64,000 nucleotides of DNA from contig OZ220705.1 in assembly GCA_965116515.1 (NCBI GenBank), forward strand, positions 3,888,331 to 3,952,330, given 5' to 3'. The stretch is from Alphaproteobacteria bacterium (lineage in GTDB: Bacteria; Pseudomonadota; Alphaproteobacteria; SP197). Each line of letters opens with the position of its first letter. The stretch's first letter is position 1. Below the pieces are notes generated by a model. It was not told the DNA's origin and searched no databases. It saw only the letters and a program-made list of their open reading frames with translations. Below, piece by piece: positions 36,054 through 46,255 of the stretch. The translations under genes and the position numbers were made by a program.

Positions 36054-36599
36054 TTGATTGGACGATTCGCGGCAAGGTTGGGACGCCGCCTTCCCGGGCA
36101 AATGGTGGCCGGAACGATCCTCACGATTGTGGGTGTCTGGTTCTTCTTCCAGCCGTTGCGTCATGACTACCCCATGGCGGAAGACCTCGTCGCAGTCGAG
36201 GCGGGCGTCGTGGAGGCTGTCGAAATCCGCAAGCGGCGCGGCGCCGTCATCCGCTTCCTCGTTCCCGACCCCCTCGAACTGCAGGCAGTTCTCGAAGGAG
36301 ACAGGAGGATCGTGCGCTATCGCAGTGACCTTCCGCACTACCGGGAACTCAAGCAGACCCTGAAGTCAGGAGCTCATGTCTTTCATCTGTGGATCGATGC
36401 GTCCGACCCCGACGATGCCACTCTTGTCTGGCAGCTCGACAGCGGGGGAACAACCCTGATCTCGGTTGATGACACCATCGAGGCGCTGGTGGACGTCCGT
36501 AGACGGCAGATGTGGCTGCCTGGCGCCATAGCGATCTTCGGTCTCGCCATCATCACACTGTCCATGCGGCGGCGCCTGCCAGGGGAGCCTGCGGCCTGA
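36054..36599 (+). CDS. Small membrane protein with an N-terminal and a C-terminal TM helix (DUF3592-like topology), unknown function
   Basis: 181 aa. TM segments VAGTILTIVGVWFFF and LPGAIAIFGLAIITL. Starts 12 nt after the aminotransferase stop. Confidence 0.45.
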   Translation: MIGRFAARLGRRLPGQMVAGTILTIVGVWFFFQPLRHDYPMAEDLVAVEAGVVEAVEIRKRRGAVIRFLVPDPLELQAVLEGDRRIVRYRSDLPHYRELKQTLKSGAHVFHLWIDASDPDDATLVWQLDSGGTTLISVDDTIEALVDVRRRQMWLPGAIAIFGLAIITLSMRRRLPGEPAA

Positions 36600-37106
36600 G
36601 ACGTTGCAGCGGACCCCGAACGCACCGCCACGGCTCGATCAATCTCCCGCCGCCTGTCCGACAAGGACCAGGCGCGTCATGCCCCACCTATGTGCTGTCT
36701 TGTCCACCCTTGTCAGCGAGACCCCTTCCGAGACCGGAATTGACGCGCACGACGGCGCTTTCGCTCCGGGAATCCAAGGATCATCATCGGAGCGGCACCT
36801 CGACCACGTTCGGAACAACTTCCTCAGGTTTGCTCGCCCCCCAGGCACTGCCGGGGTCCTTGTCGGTGACCGCCATGCGGAGCGTGATCCGTGGGCTCCA
36901 ATCCGACCTGCCTGTTCCGCACTGTCCCTGGCACAAGGCCAGTGGAAGTTCGCCTTCGGGACGTGTCGTTGAAGCTGCTGTCGCACATTGTCAGCATGAG
37001 GTTTCGCGGTGATCGCCTGACCTCTTTCGCCATTCCGATCGGGGACGTTTCCAGGAGCGAATCCCTCAACGGCAGTCACCGGAAAGGCGAGCCTGCCCGG
37101 TCATTC

Positions 37107-38660
37107 TCAGGCTTGCGTTCGCTTTACCATGGCGCGGAGGTCCGAGAGGGCCCACGCACCCAGGTAGCGGGCTGAAACGGCATAGGTGACGAAACCGAGG
37201 GCCACCAGAACCACGAGATAAGCAGCAATGTGATCGCCGCTGGCAGGCCACCAGTGGTAGCGTGTGTAGTGGAGTGCTGCCAGCGCGGCCGCCATCACCG
37301 CTGTGGCCGCGACCATGCGGGGCAGGCGCCGCTTGAGGCGCTGATCGGCAATGAGGTGGTTCCGGCGGACCAGGACCACATAGAGGATGATGGCGTTGAC
37401 CCACGCCGCCGTGGCGGTCGCGAGGGCAATGCCGACATGACCCAGAGACCAGACCAGGGCCAGCATGACGGCAATGTTGCTCACGAGACCGACCACGGCA
37501 ATCTTCAGCACGGTCCCGGGGTCCTTGCGCGCAAAGAAGGCAGGTGCCAGCACCTTGATCAGCACATAGGCAGGAAGCCCGGCGGCGAATGCCCTGAGAG
37601 CGGCGGCACTCGCCTCGCTGTCGACCGCCTTGAAGGCGCCGCGCTCGAAGAGCACGGCGATCACCGGATGCGCGATGACCATGAGAGCGGCCGCCGCGGG
37701 CAGGGTGAGAACCATCACAAGTTCGATGGCGCGGCTCTGACTTTCGTTGGCCCCGGTCTCGTCACGAGCCTCGATCTGCCTCGACAACAGAGGCAGCAGT
37801 GCACTGCCCACGGCAATGCCGACAACTCCCAGCGGCAACTGATTGACCCGGTCTGCATAGTAGAGCCACGAAATGGCCCCGGTGGAAAGAAACGAGGCGA
37901 CCCACAGATCGATGAGAAGATTGACCTGCACGACGCCGGCACCAAGGGCCGCGGGAACGAAGCGGCGGAGCAGTTCCCTCACACCTGCCGTCAGGCGCGG
38001 CAGGAGAAGGCGAGGCATCATGCCGGCACGCCTGACTGCATGGAGGACAAGTGCCAGCTGCAGGATTCCGCCGCACGTCACGCCCCAGGAGACGGCCCTG
38101 CCTGCGTGCACATCGTCGAGCACATGAATCAGGAGCGCTGCGCCGATGAGACTGAGATTGAGCAGGATGGGCGCGGCGGCATAGGCGGCAAATCGCCCGG
38201 TCGAGTTGAGCATGCCGCCGAAGAGCGCCACCAGTGAAATCAGGAGGATGTAGGGAAAGGTGATGCGAGTGAGATCGACGGCCAGGTCGAATTTCAGGGG
38301 TTCGTCGACGAACCCGGGTGCCAGCACCGTGACCACCCACGGCATCGCCACCTCGAAGACTGCGACAAGCACGGCAAGAACCACGGCGAGAACCGCCAGG
38401 ACCTCGTCGGCCAGCCGCCTTGCGGCCACTTCGCCCTCACCCTCGAGGCTGCGGGCGAAGAGAGGGATGAACACCGTGTTGAAGGCGCCCTCAGCCAGAA
38501 GGCGGCGGAAGAAATTGGGGAGCTTGAAGGCGACAAGGAAGGCGTCCGCCACCCAGCCCGTCCCCAGGGCTGCGGCAAACAGCACGTCCCGCACAAATCC
38601 GAGAACCCTGCTCGCGGCTGTCAGTCCGCTGACCGTCAGGAAAGCCCTGGAGAGATTCAT
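37107..38660 (-). CDS. murJ: Lipid II flippase MurJ (MviN)
   Basis: MNLSRAFLTVSGLTAASRVLGFVRDVLFAAALGTGWVADAFLVAFKLPNFFRRLLAEGAFNTVFIPLFA, a near-canonical MurJ N-terminus. 517 aa polytopic. Confidence 0.85.
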   Translation of the reverse strand: MNLSRAFLTVSGLTAASRVLGFVRDVLFAAALGTGWVADAFLVAFKLPNFFRRLLAEGAFNTVFIPLFARSLEGEGEVAARRLADEVLAVLAVVLAVLVAVFEVAMPWVVTVLAPGFVDEPLKFDLAVDLTRITFPYILLISLVALFGGMLNSTGRFAAYAAAPILLNLSLIGAALLIHVLDDVHAGRAVSWGVTCGGILQLALVLHAVRRAGMMPRLLLPRLTAGVRELLRRFVPAALGAGVVQVNLLIDLWVASFLSTGAISWLYYADRVNQLPLGVVGIAVGSALLPLLSRQIEARDETGANESQSRAIELVMVLTLPAAAALMVIAHPVIAVLFERGAFKAVDSEASAAALRAFAAGLPAYVLIKVLAPAFFARKDPGTVLKIAVVGLVSNIAVMLALVWSLGHVGIALATATAAWVNAIILYVVLVRRNHLIADQRLKRRLPRMVAATAVMAAALAALHYTRYHWWPASGDHIAAYLVVLVALGFVTYAVSARYLGAWALSDLRAMVKRTQA

Positions 38661-38814
38661 TCCCCTCTCACAGCGTCGCCGGAAAGCCCGTGATCACGCT
38701 TCATCCCACAAAACGGAACATTCATGAACAGTCACGCCGCCCGTCTGCGGACGACAATGATCGGATATGATGGCGAACCGGTGTCCTGCCCGTCGGCAGC
38801 CGGGTAACTGGCCG

Positions 38815-39642
38815 TCAGGGCGTGATGCCGCGAAGCCGTTCGCTTCGGCGGCGCAGGAGTTCCATCACGATCATCAATCCGATCGATGTCAAGATGAGCA
38901 TGGTGGCGACCGCCATGATGGTCGGCGAAAGAAGCTCACGGATGCCCGACCACATGCGCCTTGGGAGCGTGTGCTCCTCGGTGCTGGCCAGGAAGATCGC
39001 GATGACCAGTTCATCCCACGACGTGATGAAGGCGAAGAGCGCACCGGCCACGACGCCTGGCAGAATGAGGGGAAGCGTGATCTTGAAGAAGACGCGCAAG
39101 GGGTCGCCACCCAGGCTCGCACCGGCCCGGATGAGATTGTAGTCGAATCCGGCCAGGGTGGCCGAAACGGTGATGACGACGAAGGGCACACCGATGGTCG
39201 CGTGGGCGAAGACGAGGCCGGCAAGCGTCCCGGTCAGTCCGACCTTGGCATAGAAATAGAACATGCCGGCCGCCGTGATGACGATCGGCACGATGATGGG
39301 AGAGATGAGGACTGCAAGGATCGTGGACTTTCCCGCATACTCGGCACGATTGAGACCCAGCGCTGCCAGGGTTCCCAGCACCGTCGCCACCAGGGTCGCG
39401 AAGATACCGACGATGATGCTGTTCTGGAGGCCCAGCAACCACTGCGGGCTCGAGAAGAAATCGCCGTACCAGCGCAGCGAAAAGCCTGGCATGGGGTACG
39501 TGAAATAGGGCTCGGAATTGAAGCTGAGCGGCATGATCACGATGATCGGAATGATCAGGAAGGCGAAGATCAGGCAGCAGATCACGCGGAACGTGACATA
39601 CCAGATCCTGTCGAGCGTCGTGGCGTAGGACGGCATCGCCAT
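38815..39642 (-). CDS. ABC transporter permease, PotC/PotI-like (polyamine)
   Basis: 275 aa, six TM helices, EAA-loop region GASLGGDPLRVFFKITLPLILPG. Confidence 0.8.
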   Translation of the reverse strand: MAMPSYATTLDRIWYVTFRVICCLIFAFLIIPIIVIMPLSFNSEPYFTYPMPGFSLRWYGDFFSSPQWLLGLQNSIIVGIFATLVATVLGTLAALGLNRAEYAGKSTILAVLISPIIVPIVITAAGMFYFYAKVGLTGTLAGLVFAHATIGVPFVVITVSATLAGFDYNLIRAGASLGGDPLRVFFKITLPLILPGVVAGALFAFITSWDELVIAIFLASTEEHTLPRRMWSGIRELLSPTIMAVATMLILTSIGLMIVMELLRRRSERLRGITP

Positions 39643-39644
39643 GG

Positions 39645-40907
39645 TCAGTTCACCTTGAGCCGGTCAACACCGACAAAACGGTTGTAGATGAAGAACATGA
39701 CAAGAGTGAGCAGGAGCAACACGCAGGACAATGCCGCCCCGAGCCCCCAGTTGGCTGTTTGCCCCATGTTCTGGACGATCCAGTAGCTGACCATCTGATC
39801 GCCCGGTCCGCCAACCAGCGCCGGCGTGATGTAGTACCCCAGTGAGAGAATGAAGACGAGCAGTGTTCCCGCCGCCACGCCGGGCATGCACTGCGGAAAG
39901 TAGACCTTCAGGAAGGCCTTCCAGCCCGGCGCACCAAGGGACGCCGCGGCCCGCATGTGCCATGGGTTGATGGTCTTCATCACGCTGTACATGGGCAGCA
40001 CCATGAACGGCAGGAGGATGTGCACCATCGCCACGTAGACACCGAACCGGTTGCGGATCAGTTCCTGGGGTTCGTTCCACAGGCCCAGCCACAACGCCAG
40101 GTCATTGATCAGCCCCTCGTTCTGCAGCAACACGAGCCAGGAGGTTGTCCGCACCAGCAGTGATGTCCAGAACGGCAGAAGAACGAGAATCAACAGCAGG
40201 TTGCTGATGCGTGTCGGCAATGTCGCCAGAAGATAGGCAATCGGCAGACCGAGCAGGAAACACAGCAGGGTGACGGCAAAGCTGATCTCGATGGTCCGCA
40301 GAAGAACGTCCACGTAGATCGCCCTGTCCGGGGAGACGCCGACAATCTCGCGTTCCTGGTCGCGCTGCAGGTCGAGTGACCACAGGAGGTAGTAATCGGT
40401 GTAGTAGTCAGAGGCGTTCTTGATGGCATACCAGTAGGCAGGGTCACCCCAGTCCTTGTCGATCTTGATGAAGCCATCGTGGATCTGGTCCACGGGAAGC
40501 AGCGCCAACTGTTCGGACTGGCGCGCTGTCTTCTTCACCATCGACTTGAAGCCGCTGATGTCATAGTTGAGCCGCTTGGCCGCGCGGCCGAACTGTCCGC
40601 GTTCGGCAACGGACAGTTCCTCGGCAAAGGTGGCCATGGCTTCCGGCGGAGGAAATCCCTCGCCGTCCCACTCCCGGAACACCTCCGCTGTACGCGGGAA
40701 CCCCGACGTGAGATCCGGATCCTCGACGGAAAGTGCCAGCAGCGAAATGATCGGCAGGATGAACCCGACAACGAGAAACAGGAAGAGCGGTGCAACGAGG
40801 GCGATTGCCCAGACCTTGCGCATGCGCTCGGCGCGCCTGAGCTTGATCTTCAGCGGCACGCCATCGGCTGTGCGCATCACGTCATGGCTGCCTGTCGTTG
40901 CCACCAT
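39645..40907 (-). CDS. ABC transporter permease, PotB/PotH-like with an enlarged periplasmic loop
   Basis: Permease core ...AASLGAPGWKAFLKVYFPQCMPGVAAGTLLVF. I chose the ATG at 40907, preceded by a GGAGA RBS. The listed ORF begins at a GTG at 40925. Confidence 0.75.
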   Translation of the reverse strand: MVATTGSHDVMRTADGVPLKIKLRRAERMRKVWAIALVAPLFLFLVVGFILPIISLLALSVEDPDLTSGFPRTAEVFREWDGEGFPPPEAMATFAEELSVAERGQFGRAAKRLNYDISGFKSMVKKTARQSEQLALLPVDQIHDGFIKIDKDWGDPAYWYAIKNASDYYTDYYLLWSLDLQRDQEREIVGVSPDRAIYVDVLLRTIEISFAVTLLCFLLGLPIAYLLATLPTRISNLLLILVLLPFWTSLLVRTTSWLVLLQNEGLINDLALWLGLWNEPQELIRNRFGVYVAMVHILLPFMVLPMYSVMKTINPWHMRAAASLGAPGWKAFLKVYFPQCMPGVAAGTLLVFILSLGYYITPALVGGPGDQMVSYWIVQNMGQTANWGLGAALSCVLLLLTLVMFFIYNRFVGVDRLKVN

Positions 40908-40989
40908 GTCCTGGTGTCTCCGCACCGATGATAGAAAAGACAGGGAAAACCGGGGCTGTGACGCCCCGGCTTTCCCTGGAACTGGCTCG

Positions 40990-42063
40990 TTACTGTGAAC
41001 GCCAGACCTGGAAGCGCTCTGTCAGCTCCTCTTCCCGGTCCGCCCACCACACGGTGTCTACCCACAGGGCATTCGCGAGATTGGCCGCAGCTGTCGGCAA
41101 GTGCTGCAGAATGTCCGGATTGATGAGCGCGCCCGCCTCGGCGGTCGTCGGGCCGTACGAGATGTACTGGGACTGACGCGCCATGACTTCAGGACGGCTG
41201 GCATACTCGATGAACTTCATGCCGAGATCGAACTCCGGATGCCCGGCCGGAATGACCCAGTGATCATAGTCAATGATCTGTCCATCCCAGACGATGACGA
41301 AGTTCTTTCCTTCCTTGACGATCGCATTGTAAATGCGGCCGTTCCAGGCGGTGGTCATGGCGACTTCGCCGTCGGCAAGAAGCTGCGGCGCCATGGAGCC
41401 GGCATCCCACCAGATGACCTCGTCCTTGATCGTCTCGAGCTTGGCAAAGGCACGATCAAGGCCCTCTTCCTCATTCTCCAAGAGGTAGGTGTAGACATCA
41501 TCCGCGGCGACACCGTCAGCGATAAGCGCCATTTCGAGCGATGCGGCCGGGCTGTTGGCATAGAGGCCACGCTTGCCCGGGAACGCCTCGAGATCGAAGA
41601 AGTCGGCGATCGTGGTCGGAACGTTGTCGCCGGAGTAGGCATCGCCATCATAGGAATAGATGGTCGCCCATGAGATGGTGCCCACCGAGCAGTCGAGAGC
41701 AGCACCCGGGAAGAAGCGGTCCATGCCGCCGAGCATCTCCCAGTCGAGTTCGGCGAGAAGGCCTTCATCACAACCGGCCATGGCAGTTCCCGACTCCCCG
41801 TCGATGACGTGCCACTTGTATTCGCCAGTCTCGACCTGGACACGGATCTCCGACAGGGTGCCGCCCCACTCGTCCTCGAGGACGGTCATGTCGATTTCCT
41901 TGGCCGCAGGCTTGTAGTAGGCCTCGCGCTGGCTGGCGGAATAGGCGCCGCCCCAGGAAGCCACGGTAACCGTGTCCTGGGCCAGGACGGCTGACGGAGC
42001 CTGCAGGCCCGCCAACGCGGCGCCGGCAAGGACCGCAGCTGAAACTCTCAATATTCCCTTCAT
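40990..42063 (-). CDS. Periplasmic substrate-binding protein, PotD/PotF-like (Sec signal peptide)
   Basis: MKGILRVSAAVLAGAALAGLQAPSAVLAQDTVTVASWGGAY. Family-1 SBP. Confidence 0.8.
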   Translation of the reverse strand: MKGILRVSAAVLAGAALAGLQAPSAVLAQDTVTVASWGGAYSASQREAYYKPAAKEIDMTVLEDEWGGTLSEIRVQVETGEYKWHVIDGESGTAMAGCDEGLLAELDWEMLGGMDRFFPGAALDCSVGTISWATIYSYDGDAYSGDNVPTTIADFFDLEAFPGKRGLYANSPAASLEMALIADGVAADDVYTYLLENEEEGLDRAFAKLETIKDEVIWWDAGSMAPQLLADGEVAMTTAWNGRIYNAIVKEGKNFVIVWDGQIIDYDHWVIPAGHPEFDLGMKFIEYASRPEVMARQSQYISYGPTTAEAGALINPDILQHLPTAAANLANALWVDTVWWADREEELTERFQVWRSQ

Positions 42064-42166
42064 GATTGTCGTCTCCCTTCAAAGGACGTTGTTCATGTCG
42101 TGCAAGGTCGCTAGGACCGTGCTTCATGTGCCGCGTCACGCGGCCTTGAGGACACCTCCCGTCATG

Positions 42167-43288
42167 TCAGGCGGCATCCAGCGCCCGGCAGTCGCCCGAC
42201 CGCCAGCCGATTCTGATTTCCTGTCCCGGTTCAAGGCCGCCATGGCCCGAACCGCGCGGCACCTTGACGACGAAATCGTCGTCGCCGAAAACCTCCAGGC
42301 GCACTCTCGCGTGGTCGCCCATGTAGATCTGCTCCTGCACCACCGCCGTGAAGATGTCATCGCAACCATCACTCTCCACGGCACCAACCACCACCACCTC
42401 GGGACGCAGTGACAGGGTGGTTTGCTGCCCCACCCCGGAAACATTGACAGGCAGGGCCCTGATCGCATGCCCACTGGCAAGTTCGACAAGGCAGACATCC
42501 TCGGCGAACTCCTTGATCGTCCCCCTGAGCCGGTTGTTCTCTCCGATGAACTGGGCAACGAAGGCGTTCTTCGGCCGTTCATAGAGTTCCTCGGGCGCGT
42601 CGAGCTGCTGGATGATTCCGTCATCGAAGACCGCAATGCGGTCCGACATGGTCAGCGCCTCGCTCTGGTCATGGGTGACGTAGACGAATGTCAGGCCCAC
42701 GTTCTGGTGAATGTGCTTCATCTCGATCTGCATCTGCTCGCGCAGCTTCTTGTCGAGAGCGCCAAGCGGCTCGTCCATGAGGACGATCTGGGGCTCGAAG
42801 ACGAGGGCGCGCGCCAGAGCGACGCGCTGCTGCTGACCACCGGAAAGCTGGGCCGGGCGGCGCCTCTCGAAACCGGTGAGTTCCACCATGGCGAGAGCTT
42901 CGGCGATCTTCGTCTCCCGGGCAGGCTTTTCGACCTTGTGGCACTGCAGCGGAAACTCGAGGTTCTCGTAAACCGTCATGTGGGGAAACAGGGCGTAGTT
43001 CTGGAAGACCATGCCGATATCCCGCTTGTGCGGGGGCACCAGGCGCAACGAGCGTCCGTTGAGCACGATGTCGCCATGGGTCGTCGATTCAAACCCGGCC
43101 AGCATCATGAGCGTCGTTGTCTTGCCCGATCCGGATGGTCCGAGGAGCGTGAGGAACTCGCCCTTCTCGATCGCCAGGTTGAGGTCCTTCACCACGAGAA
43201 CCTCACCATCATAGGTCTTCTGGACGTTCTCGAACCGGACCTGGGGCTCGTTGCTCCCCTGGTCCCGGCTGTGCATGCTGTCCGTCAT
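42167..43288 (-). CDS. ABC transporter ATP-binding protein, PotA-like
   Basis: Walker A GPSGSGKTT. Signature LSGGQQQRVALARAL. C-terminal TOBE-like domain. Confidence 0.85.
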   Translation of the reverse strand: MTDSMHSRDQGSNEPQVRFENVQKTYDGEVLVVKDLNLAIEKGEFLTLLGPSGSGKTTTLMMLAGFESTTHGDIVLNGRSLRLVPPHKRDIGMVFQNYALFPHMTVYENLEFPLQCHKVEKPARETKIAEALAMVELTGFERRRPAQLSGGQQQRVALARALVFEPQIVLMDEPLGALDKKLREQMQIEMKHIHQNVGLTFVYVTHDQSEALTMSDRIAVFDDGIIQQLDAPEELYERPKNAFVAQFIGENNRLRGTIKEFAEDVCLVELASGHAIRALPVNVSGVGQQTTLSLRPEVVVVGAVESDGCDDIFTAVVQEQIYMGDHARVRLEVFGDDDFVVKVPRGSGHGGLEPGQEIRIGWRSGDCRALDAA

Positions 43289-43541
43289 TCACCCGGTCCC
43301 GAACGTTTCGCCGATATCTGGTACTCCATCCTGATCACTTCTTCCCTCCGACGCGCCACGCAACACGGTCCATCTTGCCCTCAAGTACGCTGCCAAGCCC
43401 AAATACCGGAGTCCGCCTCCGCATGGAAGTGAATTCCGAGGTACTAGACTAGAACAGTCACGTTCATTATCAAAACTTCTCTCGTGATCGGCGGAGGACA
43501 CAGGTGGCCCAGATGCGTGACTTTCCACGGGCCGGGGAATC

Positions 43542-44846
43542 ATGACCCGCCTCTTCCCTCCACCCGGATCCACGGCCCGGGGGCTTGTCGCCCTCCTCGG
43601 GCTCGTCCTCGGACCAGCCCTTTGCCCTTCCGCAGATGACAGCCCGGCGCTTGAGGTGTCGAGCACCCAGGTGATCCATGCCGCAGTCGCCAGCGGACTG
43701 ATCGGCACGGCGGATTTCGAAGCGATCGACGATCCCCACGCGGGCCCGCTCCTTGTTGGCCGGCCCGGAGCGGTGGATGACCCGGCGCGGACCTTCAGCA
43801 TCATCATGTTCGGGAGCGAATCGACAGGGCTGACACAGATCCAGTTCATCATGTCGGCCCCCTGGGAAGGCCTCAGTGATCGCCTTGAACTCGCTGCCAG
43901 CATCGCCAGCCTTGTCGTGACCCTTCCATCGTTCCAGCCGCCCATGCCACCCATGGAAGCTGGCCCGGCAAGCCTGACACCGATGGCCTCCTGGCTCTAC
44001 AGCCTTTTCTACGAGTCCTGGCTCGGCTGGCCCGGCTCCGGGAAGAGACTGGTGCGGGTGCGCGATGATGTCGCCGTCATCATGGAAGGCACTCCGCCGG
44101 AAACATGGATCATGACACTGGCCGTCGACCGCAGCTTTCCGGACACGACCTGGCCTGGTGCGTGGTCCGGATCCGACACCCCCGGCGTGACGGAGGCTCG
44201 ACAGCTCATTCGCCAGGGCGAATATCAGGTCGCCCGCGGCCTCCTGGAACCTCTGGCCGAAGGCGGTGATCCTCAGGCTGCCCTTCTCATGGGGGACATG
44301 GCGCGGTTCGGCAGGATCGGTATCCCCCACATCGAGGATGCAACCGACTGGTATCTCGTCGCGGCACGCCATCGCCAACCGCGGGCCATCTGGGCCCTGG
44401 CAGCAATGCTCACCGAGGGATGGGGGACCTTCTTTCTCAACAACCTGAAGGGTCAGCTCCTGGCGCGGGCCGAAGCCGCCGGCTCGGCGGACGCCCTCCT
44501 GCTCCTCGGCCGCACCACCCCGGGCGTGAACTACGTTCGTCCACCTGGAGTTTCGGCCAGCGACCAGATCCTGGAGGCCGCACGATGGGGACTGCTGGCC
44601 GCGCAACACGACATCGCCGACCGCTACGCCAGGGGTGACGGCGTCACCTCCGACGCGGTAGAGGCCTGCGCCTGGGCCATCGCGGCCCTGGAGAACACCG
44701 GCCCCGGGGCGGACTACATCTATTCCCGGCAGCTTCTTGCTGATCTCTCTTCCAGGCTCGATGAGACCGGCCTCGCACGGGCCAGGGAAAGAGCCATGGA
44801 CCTCGTGACCGGGCCACCCGCATGGTCGCCCCTTGCTATCGAGTAA
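43542..44846 (+). CDS. Secreted Sel1/TPR-like repeat protein, unknown function
   Basis: Signal peptide MTRLFPPPGSTARGLVALLGLVLGPALCPSA. C-terminal Sel1-like repeats (AQHDIADRYARGDGVTSDAVEACAWAIAA). Confidence 0.5.
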   Translation: MTRLFPPPGSTARGLVALLGLVLGPALCPSADDSPALEVSSTQVIHAAVASGLIGTADFEAIDDPHAGPLLVGRPGAVDDPARTFSIIMFGSESTGLTQIQFIMSAPWEGLSDRLELAASIASLVVTLPSFQPPMPPMEAGPASLTPMASWLYSLFYESWLGWPGSGKRLVRVRDDVAVIMEGTPPETWIMTLAVDRSFPDTTWPGAWSGSDTPGVTEARQLIRQGEYQVARGLLEPLAEGGDPQAALLMGDMARFGRIGIPHIEDATDWYLVAARHRQPRAIWALAAMLTEGWGTFFLNNLKGQLLARAEAAGSADALLLLGRTTPGVNYVRPPGVSASDQILEAARWGLLAAQHDIADRYARGDGVTSDAVEACAWAIAALENTGPGADYIYSRQLLADLSSRLDETGLARARERAMDLVTGPPAWSPLAIE

Positions 44847-45007
44847 GCTCCCTTCTTCAATCCTGTCGGGAATGACGTGAGCCACGCCTGTCCCGAAACG
44901 CTGCTCTGCGAATCGCTCCGCTCCCGGATGTTCCCGTCATGGTGCGCCAGCGGACTTCACGTCCCGGCGCGAGTTGGGGTAGATTGCAGTATTGGCGGGA
45001 GGTGACA

Positions 45008-46231
45008 ATGCAGCCACACGACATCCCTGCGGTGGATGACCTGATCGCCCGGCAACGATCCGGTTTCACCCTGGAACAGCCGTTCTACCGGGACCCAGGG
45101 ATCTTCAGACGGGACATGGAGAAGGTCGTTTCCAGGTCCTGGCTCTATGTCGCCCACGAGAGCGAAATTCCCTCGAAGGGCGACTACCTTGTCTACCGGG
45201 TCGGCGAGGAGTCGATCATCCTGGTACGCGGCCGTGATCACATGGTCCGCGCCTTCTTCAATGTCTGCCGTCATCGCGGCAGCCAAATCTGCCTCGAGGA
45301 ACGCGGCAATGCCGGCAAGCTCGTGTGCCCCTACCATGCCTGGACCTACGATCTCGACGGCCGCCTCATCGCCGCACGTTCCATGCCAGAGGGATTCAAC
45401 AAGACGGACTACCCGCTTCATGGATGCTCGGTCCGCGTGGCCCACGGTCTCATCTTCATCTGTCTGGCCAGTGCCGATGATCCGAATGTCGCGGATTTCA
45501 GCGGAGTTGCCGACCTGCTCGACACCTACGCCGGACTGCATCACCTGAGGGACACGAAGATCGTGCACCGCGAGGTCTATCCGACCTACGCCAACTGGAA
45601 ACTCGTCGTCGACAACTTCCGCGAGTGCTATCACTGCTCACCGGCACACCCCGAGTACACGATGGTCAATGCCTACGTGAAGGCGCACGACCGCGACCCG
45701 GAGACCTACCGTCCGGTGATCGATGCCTGGGCCGAGAAGACGAAAGAGCTCGGCCACCCCGTGGGCTGGACAAATGGCGACATCGGTGACCCGCGCCAGC
45801 CCCACAGCGTATGGCGCCAGCCCATCAGGGAGGGCTATCTCACGCTTTCGGAGGACGGACAACCCGTCGCTCCCCTGCTTGGCGCCCTGGAACACTGGGA
45901 TGGTGGAGAGACCGCCTTCACACTCGGCCCGCTGTCCTATGCCTACCTGTGTGCCGATCATCTCGCGATGTTCCGTTTCACGCCGGTCACGCCGGAATTC
46001 AGCGAGGTGCTCGTGACCTGGCACGTTCGCGCCGATGCCGACCTGGACCGGGACGTTGACCTCAAGCGCCTGATCTGGATGTGGGACGTCACCACCGTCG
46101 AGGACACGAAGATCATCATCGACAACCAGAAGGGCGTGAACTCCACGCGCTACGCACCCGGGCCCTATGCGACCCTGGAGGATTACACGGCAGCCTTTAC
46201 CGACTGGTACCTTGACCGCATTGCCTCCTGA
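45008..46231 (+). CDS. Rieske [2Fe-2S] aromatic-ring-hydroxylating-type oxygenase alpha subunit, GbcA/Stc2/CntA-like (quaternary-amine N-demethylating monooxygenase family)
   Basis: Rieske CRHRGSQIC...CPYHAW. Mononuclear-iron region NWKLVVDNFRECYHCSPAHP. GGGAGG RBS before the ATG at 45008. Confidence 0.75.
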   Translation: MQPHDIPAVDDLIARQRSGFTLEQPFYRDPGIFRRDMEKVVSRSWLYVAHESEIPSKGDYLVYRVGEESIILVRGRDHMVRAFFNVCRHRGSQICLEERGNAGKLVCPYHAWTYDLDGRLIAARSMPEGFNKTDYPLHGCSVRVAHGLIFICLASADDPNVADFSGVADLLDTYAGLHHLRDTKIVHREVYPTYANWKLVVDNFRECYHCSPAHPEYTMVNAYVKAHDRDPETYRPVIDAWAEKTKELGHPVGWTNGDIGDPRQPHSVWRQPIREGYLTLSEDGQPVAPLLGALEHWDGGETAFTLGPLSYAYLCADHLAMFRFTPVTPEFSEVLVTWHVRADADLDRDVDLKRLIWMWDVTTVEDTKIIIDNQKGVNSTRYAPGPYATLEDYTAAFTDWYLDRIAS

Positions 46232-46255
46232 TTCCCCGACATCCCGGGGGAGGCC

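Noticed and set aside
36600-37106. 507-bp convergent intergenic gap screened for tRNA or small RNA genes
   Set aside because: No tRNA-like T-arm (GTTCGA-type) or cloverleaf-compatible segments were found by eye. The ORFs in it (36604..36972, 36639..37079) lack RBS and motifs. It may still hold an sRNA, but I cannot support that from sequence alone.
37230-38237. 335-aa plus-strand ORF
   Set aside because: Antisense to murJ, whose N-terminus is near-canonical.
43470-44885. 471-aa minus-strand ORF
   Set aside because: Antisense to the Sel1-repeat protein gene, which has a signal peptide and an RBS. No recognisable domains.
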